This document shows positions 60,275 to 64,000 of a stretch of 64,000 bases of DNA, piece after piece. Position numbers and translations under genes: made by a program. The stretch is from Podarcis vaucheri. Taxonomy: Eukaryota. The DNA is taken from NCBI GenBank assembly GCA_965113315.1, contig OZ220368.1, one strand, 5' to 3'. The notes beneath the pieces are model-generated. The model ran no database searches and had not been told where the DNA came from. It saw nothing but the letters and a program-made list of their open reading frames with translations. Each line of letters starts with the position of its first letter. Position 1 is the first letter of the stretch.

Positions 60275-60516
60275 CAGTGGTACCTCTGGTTACGTACTTA
60301 ATTCGTTCCGGAGGTCCGTTCTTATCCTGAAACTGTTCTTAACCTGAAGCACCACTTTAGCTAATGAGGCCTCCCACTGCCGCTGCGCCACCGGAGCACG
60401 ATTTCTGTTCTCATCCTGAAGCAAAGTTCTTAACCCGAGGTACTATTTCTGGGTTAGCGGAGTCTGTAACCTGAAGCATACATAACCTGAAGCGTATGTA
60501 ACCTGAGGTACCACTG
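60275..60516 (-). mobile_element. Tigger-like MITE, same family as 2843-3084, inverted
   Basis: TIRs CAGTGGTACCTC / GAGGTACCACTG; TA flanks; 242 bp; interrupts an older short repeat (TTACTTCTGAGTA|TAGGAATGCACTG). Confidence 0.92.
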
Positions 60517-60605
60517 TATAGGAATGCACTGTCAGGTACTTCTCTTACATCAGAATATTTGTTCTCCGTTTGTAAATCCTGGACCCCAGGGCCATTCAAG
60601 GGAAA

Positions 60606-60626
60606 TACTACTACTACTACTACCAC

Positions 60627-60672
<46 letters not shown>

Positions 60673-60790
60673 TTTATTTATACCCTGCCCATCTGGCTGG
60701 GTTTCCCCAGCCACTCTGGGCAGCTCTCAACAGAATATTAAAAATAGAATCAAACATTAGAAATTTCCCTAAATAGGGCTGCCTTCAGAT
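60606..60790 (-). mobile_element. L2-type LINE 3' end with compound (CTA)n/(AAT)n tail
   Basis: Microsatellite at 60606-60672, then TTTATACCCTGCCCATCTGGCTGGGTTTCCCCAGCCACTCTGGGCAG stem-loop and AGGGCTGCCTTCAGAT. Confidence 0.65.
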
Positions 60791-62379
60791 ATTGACACTA
60801 GATTTTATTTAGGATATTGGTACCCAGTGGGCTGGTTTCGATATCCTGATGAATCACAATTTGTCTTAAACTATGGCTTAATTCAGAGCATGCCTCCTCC
60901 TGTGACGTGAGTCCCTGCACAGCACTGCATGTTCAGACAAGACATAGTTTGGCTTGTCATGTTATCTGAACCTGGACCATGGTTTATTTGTTTCAAGCAA
61001 AGCACTAATGGTAAGCCAGAAATAAACTAAGAACAAACCTTACTTTATTTCTGGATTACCATTCTGGGGTCTGGGTTTGAATGACATGAAAAGCTGTGCT
61101 ATGCCTTGTTTGAGCTGCGTGCGGGTTGAGGTGCAGCCTTGACTAAGAAGCATTTCTCAGAATCACTCTAACAGCCCCACAGGGATGAGGCACTTGCTTT
61201 GTTGTTGTTCCCGACACGTTTCTGAAGACCCTGCCTCCATGGAGCTGCGGTGACCTGGCATGGAAGCTGGAGAACTGAGTGCATAATCAATGGAGCTGTC
61301 ATATGAAATATGCATCTCTTCTCTTCTGAAGACTTGTTGCAAGGGGGTGAAAATCCTCCCTCTGAATGAAATATGCGTGTGGCGTTCCTTTCCCCTCTAG
61401 TTTTCAAATCTGTTTGATTGTGTGATGTTTCTTTCATTAGGCAGCTGGAAGACACATGATACTAATTGACATTGGCTTCTGTCCCTTTTCATACCAAAGA
61501 CAAAACTAAAAGCCAGAACCCAAAAGGAAAGGAAAGATGGTGTGAATGAGGCCCCCTTCCCAGGCTAATAGACAAGACACAGCAGGGCAGAGTAAAGTCT
61601 GCCTTCCAGTACAGTGCTGTGTTTTCCTGTTCTACTGGTTGTGTATACAAAGGATAAGGATGGGTGAATACATCAACTTCAGTTTCTATCAGTTTCCCAC
61701 TTCTTTCTAAACTTGGGTTCAGTTCTCTGTACATTAGTTTGCATTTTTTCCTTTTAAAGGCATTGTGAAAATTTGTCAGAATTTTTGTGTGACTTTTTCT
61801 TAATAAGCACATGTCTCTGAGCAGTTTTGCCTGTTATACACATTTTGTGGAACAGTTTTCCCAATGTAAAGCATTTTACATTATTTATTTATTAATGTAT
61901 GCACACGTTACCCTACTATATGCAGTGTTCTAAATATCACCTTGCCTGGATAAGTGCATTGCGAAATTTGGAGAAGTGCAAATTTCAATGGATGGATGGA
62001 TGGGTTTCAGAAAGTGTGAATTAGAGTGGCTCACTTTTAAATGCAAACTGAATAAAAAAAATTCCCAATCCACAACCAAGGAGGAAAAGCAGAAGACAAA
62101 AGTGCTGCCTACTAAACAAGCAAATATGGATTACTGGTGGGATGTCCCCACTATGAGGCCAAAAGACAGAATATATACATGTTAAATAAATAAACATGGA
62201 GATGGGTGCTGAATCATTATGGTGGGATGGTCACATGTTTTCTCATCAGTAAACTTTCTGTGTCAAGTAAGGGGAAAGGCAGGGCCATATGGGGTAGATT
62301 ATTTTGCATTTAAGCAAAACTATTTGTGGCCTGCTGGTTGGGCCCTGGAGAACTGGTACACCAATGACACTTAGAGGTA

Positions 62380-62619
62380 CAGTGGTACCTCAGCTTTTGA
62401 GCATCTCGGAAGCCAAACGTTTCGGTTTTCGAATGCCAAAAATCCGGAAGTATTTGCTTCCAATTTCGAACGTACCTCAGAAGTCGAACATCTTCTGCTA
62501 TGTCCCCCCCTCCCAATTTTTCCAATTAAACTTGCAGCCAGCCCTTTGTGCCTTAATTTTCTAATGTTTTGGAAGTCAAAAAGTTTTCCGGAATGGATTT
62601 GAGAACCGAGGTATCACTG
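62380..62619. mobile_element. Tigger-like MITE (third family)
   Basis: TIRs CAGTGGTACCTCAG / CCGAGGTATCACTG; TA flanks. Confidence 0.8.
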
Positions 62620-62769
62620 TATAGCAATGTTGTAAGATTATACAGCATTTTTGTCTGAGGCAGTGCTACTGAATGTTACTTAAAGTTGTGTGGAAAGCGA
62701 TAGTGCTTGTTACCAATGTTTAAGTTTAAAAAAAGGCACAAGTGTGCCTAGAAGCCCTTGGCTGGAGAT

Positions 62770-62772
<3 letters not shown>

Positions 62773-62855
<83 letters not shown>
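62773..62855. repeat. Compound (AC)n(AG)n microsatellite
   Basis: Direct dinucleotide runs. Confidence 0.97.
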
Positions 62856-62859
<4 letters not shown>

Positions 62860-64000
62860 AGTTGGTGGTGAACAAAGAAGGCTCTGCATGTGTTCAGAGG
62901 TGCACTCTTGAGTCTTGTTTCCAGATGCAAAGGAAGCAAAATCCCCACTGCAGCATTCAGTGTAAGACCTTAGGCCAGACATCATCTTCTGAAGCAGAAT
63001 CCAGGGAGTGGAAATCGACCACTGAAGCGGGCATTTTGATTATTCTTGCCGTAAAAGTAATCTGGCCATATCAACCTACCCAGAGGTTATGATATGTCTC
63101 CTCTTGCTGGATGTAACCTTGAGTAATAGGTATGTTGTATCACATATTTATCTATATATCACATACACACATACAGTTACTGGGTGGGATGGGGATAAAT
63201 GCTGAAATGCTGCAGGTCATTTGTGAGAGTGGGCAAGAGAGATCACATTTCTTCAGTCTTATATTTGTTTCGTGAGATGCCTATGTTGCTTTCCAACCTA
63301 ATTCAAGAAACAAGTTAGGGCAGAGGGAAGATGAGCAGGGGAGGTGGGTGGTTAATGGGAAGGAGGCTAAGAGACAGTCCTGTTTCATTGTAACAATGTG
63401 AAGGCCCTAATAAACGATTAGATTTTAAAAGAGAAACCAGTTGTCTTCTTAAAAGCCTTCCTCCCCCAGTATTTTAGTCTGGGTCCTTGGCTGTGTACTT
63501 TCCACTAATTTTTTAAGACATTTTTGCTTTACACCTGGATTTTGCTGAGCAGCTTGGGTATTTCTTTCATTTTAATTTTTGCTGCATTTAATGGCATTGA
63601 GAGGTGCTGTGTGTTGCTTGATAGAAAAGCAACAAAAGTCCTCCCCTGCTCCCCCAGTGTCTGAAAAGCAATGTCAGCAGTTTGCGGCAAATTGTTTAAC
63701 AGTCAATGCAAATCCTTTTAGGATCTTTTCTCATTTGGGAGTTGGGTGCTGAAAATAGTTGCAGGTAGGCAGCCCTGACCCAAGTTAACCCTTGCACATT
63801 GCTGAAGACCTCAGGTGAGTTGAGGACCTCAAAGTGGCCTATGGCCATTTTTCTGAGGTATTAATGTATATTAACCTTTCAAAGGTGGCATTTTTAGGCA
63901 TGGACTTTTAGTAGAAATTATTGTCTTTTTATAACATGAGCAGTTGTTCTGCATGTCAGGAGAACAACACATTATTTTTTTCCAGAGAGTCAAAAGCAAC

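Noticed and set aside
63720-63820. Splice-like signals (TTTTAG acceptor, CAG|GTAGG, CAG|GTGAGT); similar isolated sites near 20513, 22565 and 52223-52262
   Set aside because: No recognisable coding frame or consistent exon chain; such motifs are expected by chance, though non-coding exons cannot be excluded without RNA data.

Overview
Repeat-rich, non-coding vertebrate DNA from a squamate reptile. It is most likely a lacertid lizard, judging from Sauria/Squam1 SINEs with (ACCTTT)n tails, a Squam3-type SINE and a BovB LINE. No host protein-coding exon can be supported, and almost all short ORFs in the track are spurious or transposon-derived. The main feature is a young Ty1/Copia LTR retrotransposon on the minus strand (39764-43648). 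It has 387-bp LTRs that differ at one position, a CTGGC target-site duplication (TSD) and a half-tRNAiMet primer-binding site (PBS). Its gag-protease-integrase frame is open, but the RT catalytic core and RNase H have been removed by two internal deletions. Its LTR also carries, just downstream of the TATA box, a sequence complementary to its own PBS that resembles the tRNAiMet anticodon arm; this is the most interesting signal in the window. The rest is a mosaic of 5'-truncated LINEs (BovB, L1, L2, CR1, Rex1/Babar-like), six Sauria SINEs in two subfamilies, many hAT, Tc1/mariner and foldback MITEs (several nested), microsatellites, and repeat-poor stretches that may be conserved enhancers. 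Repeat family names come from pattern recognition, not database searches.
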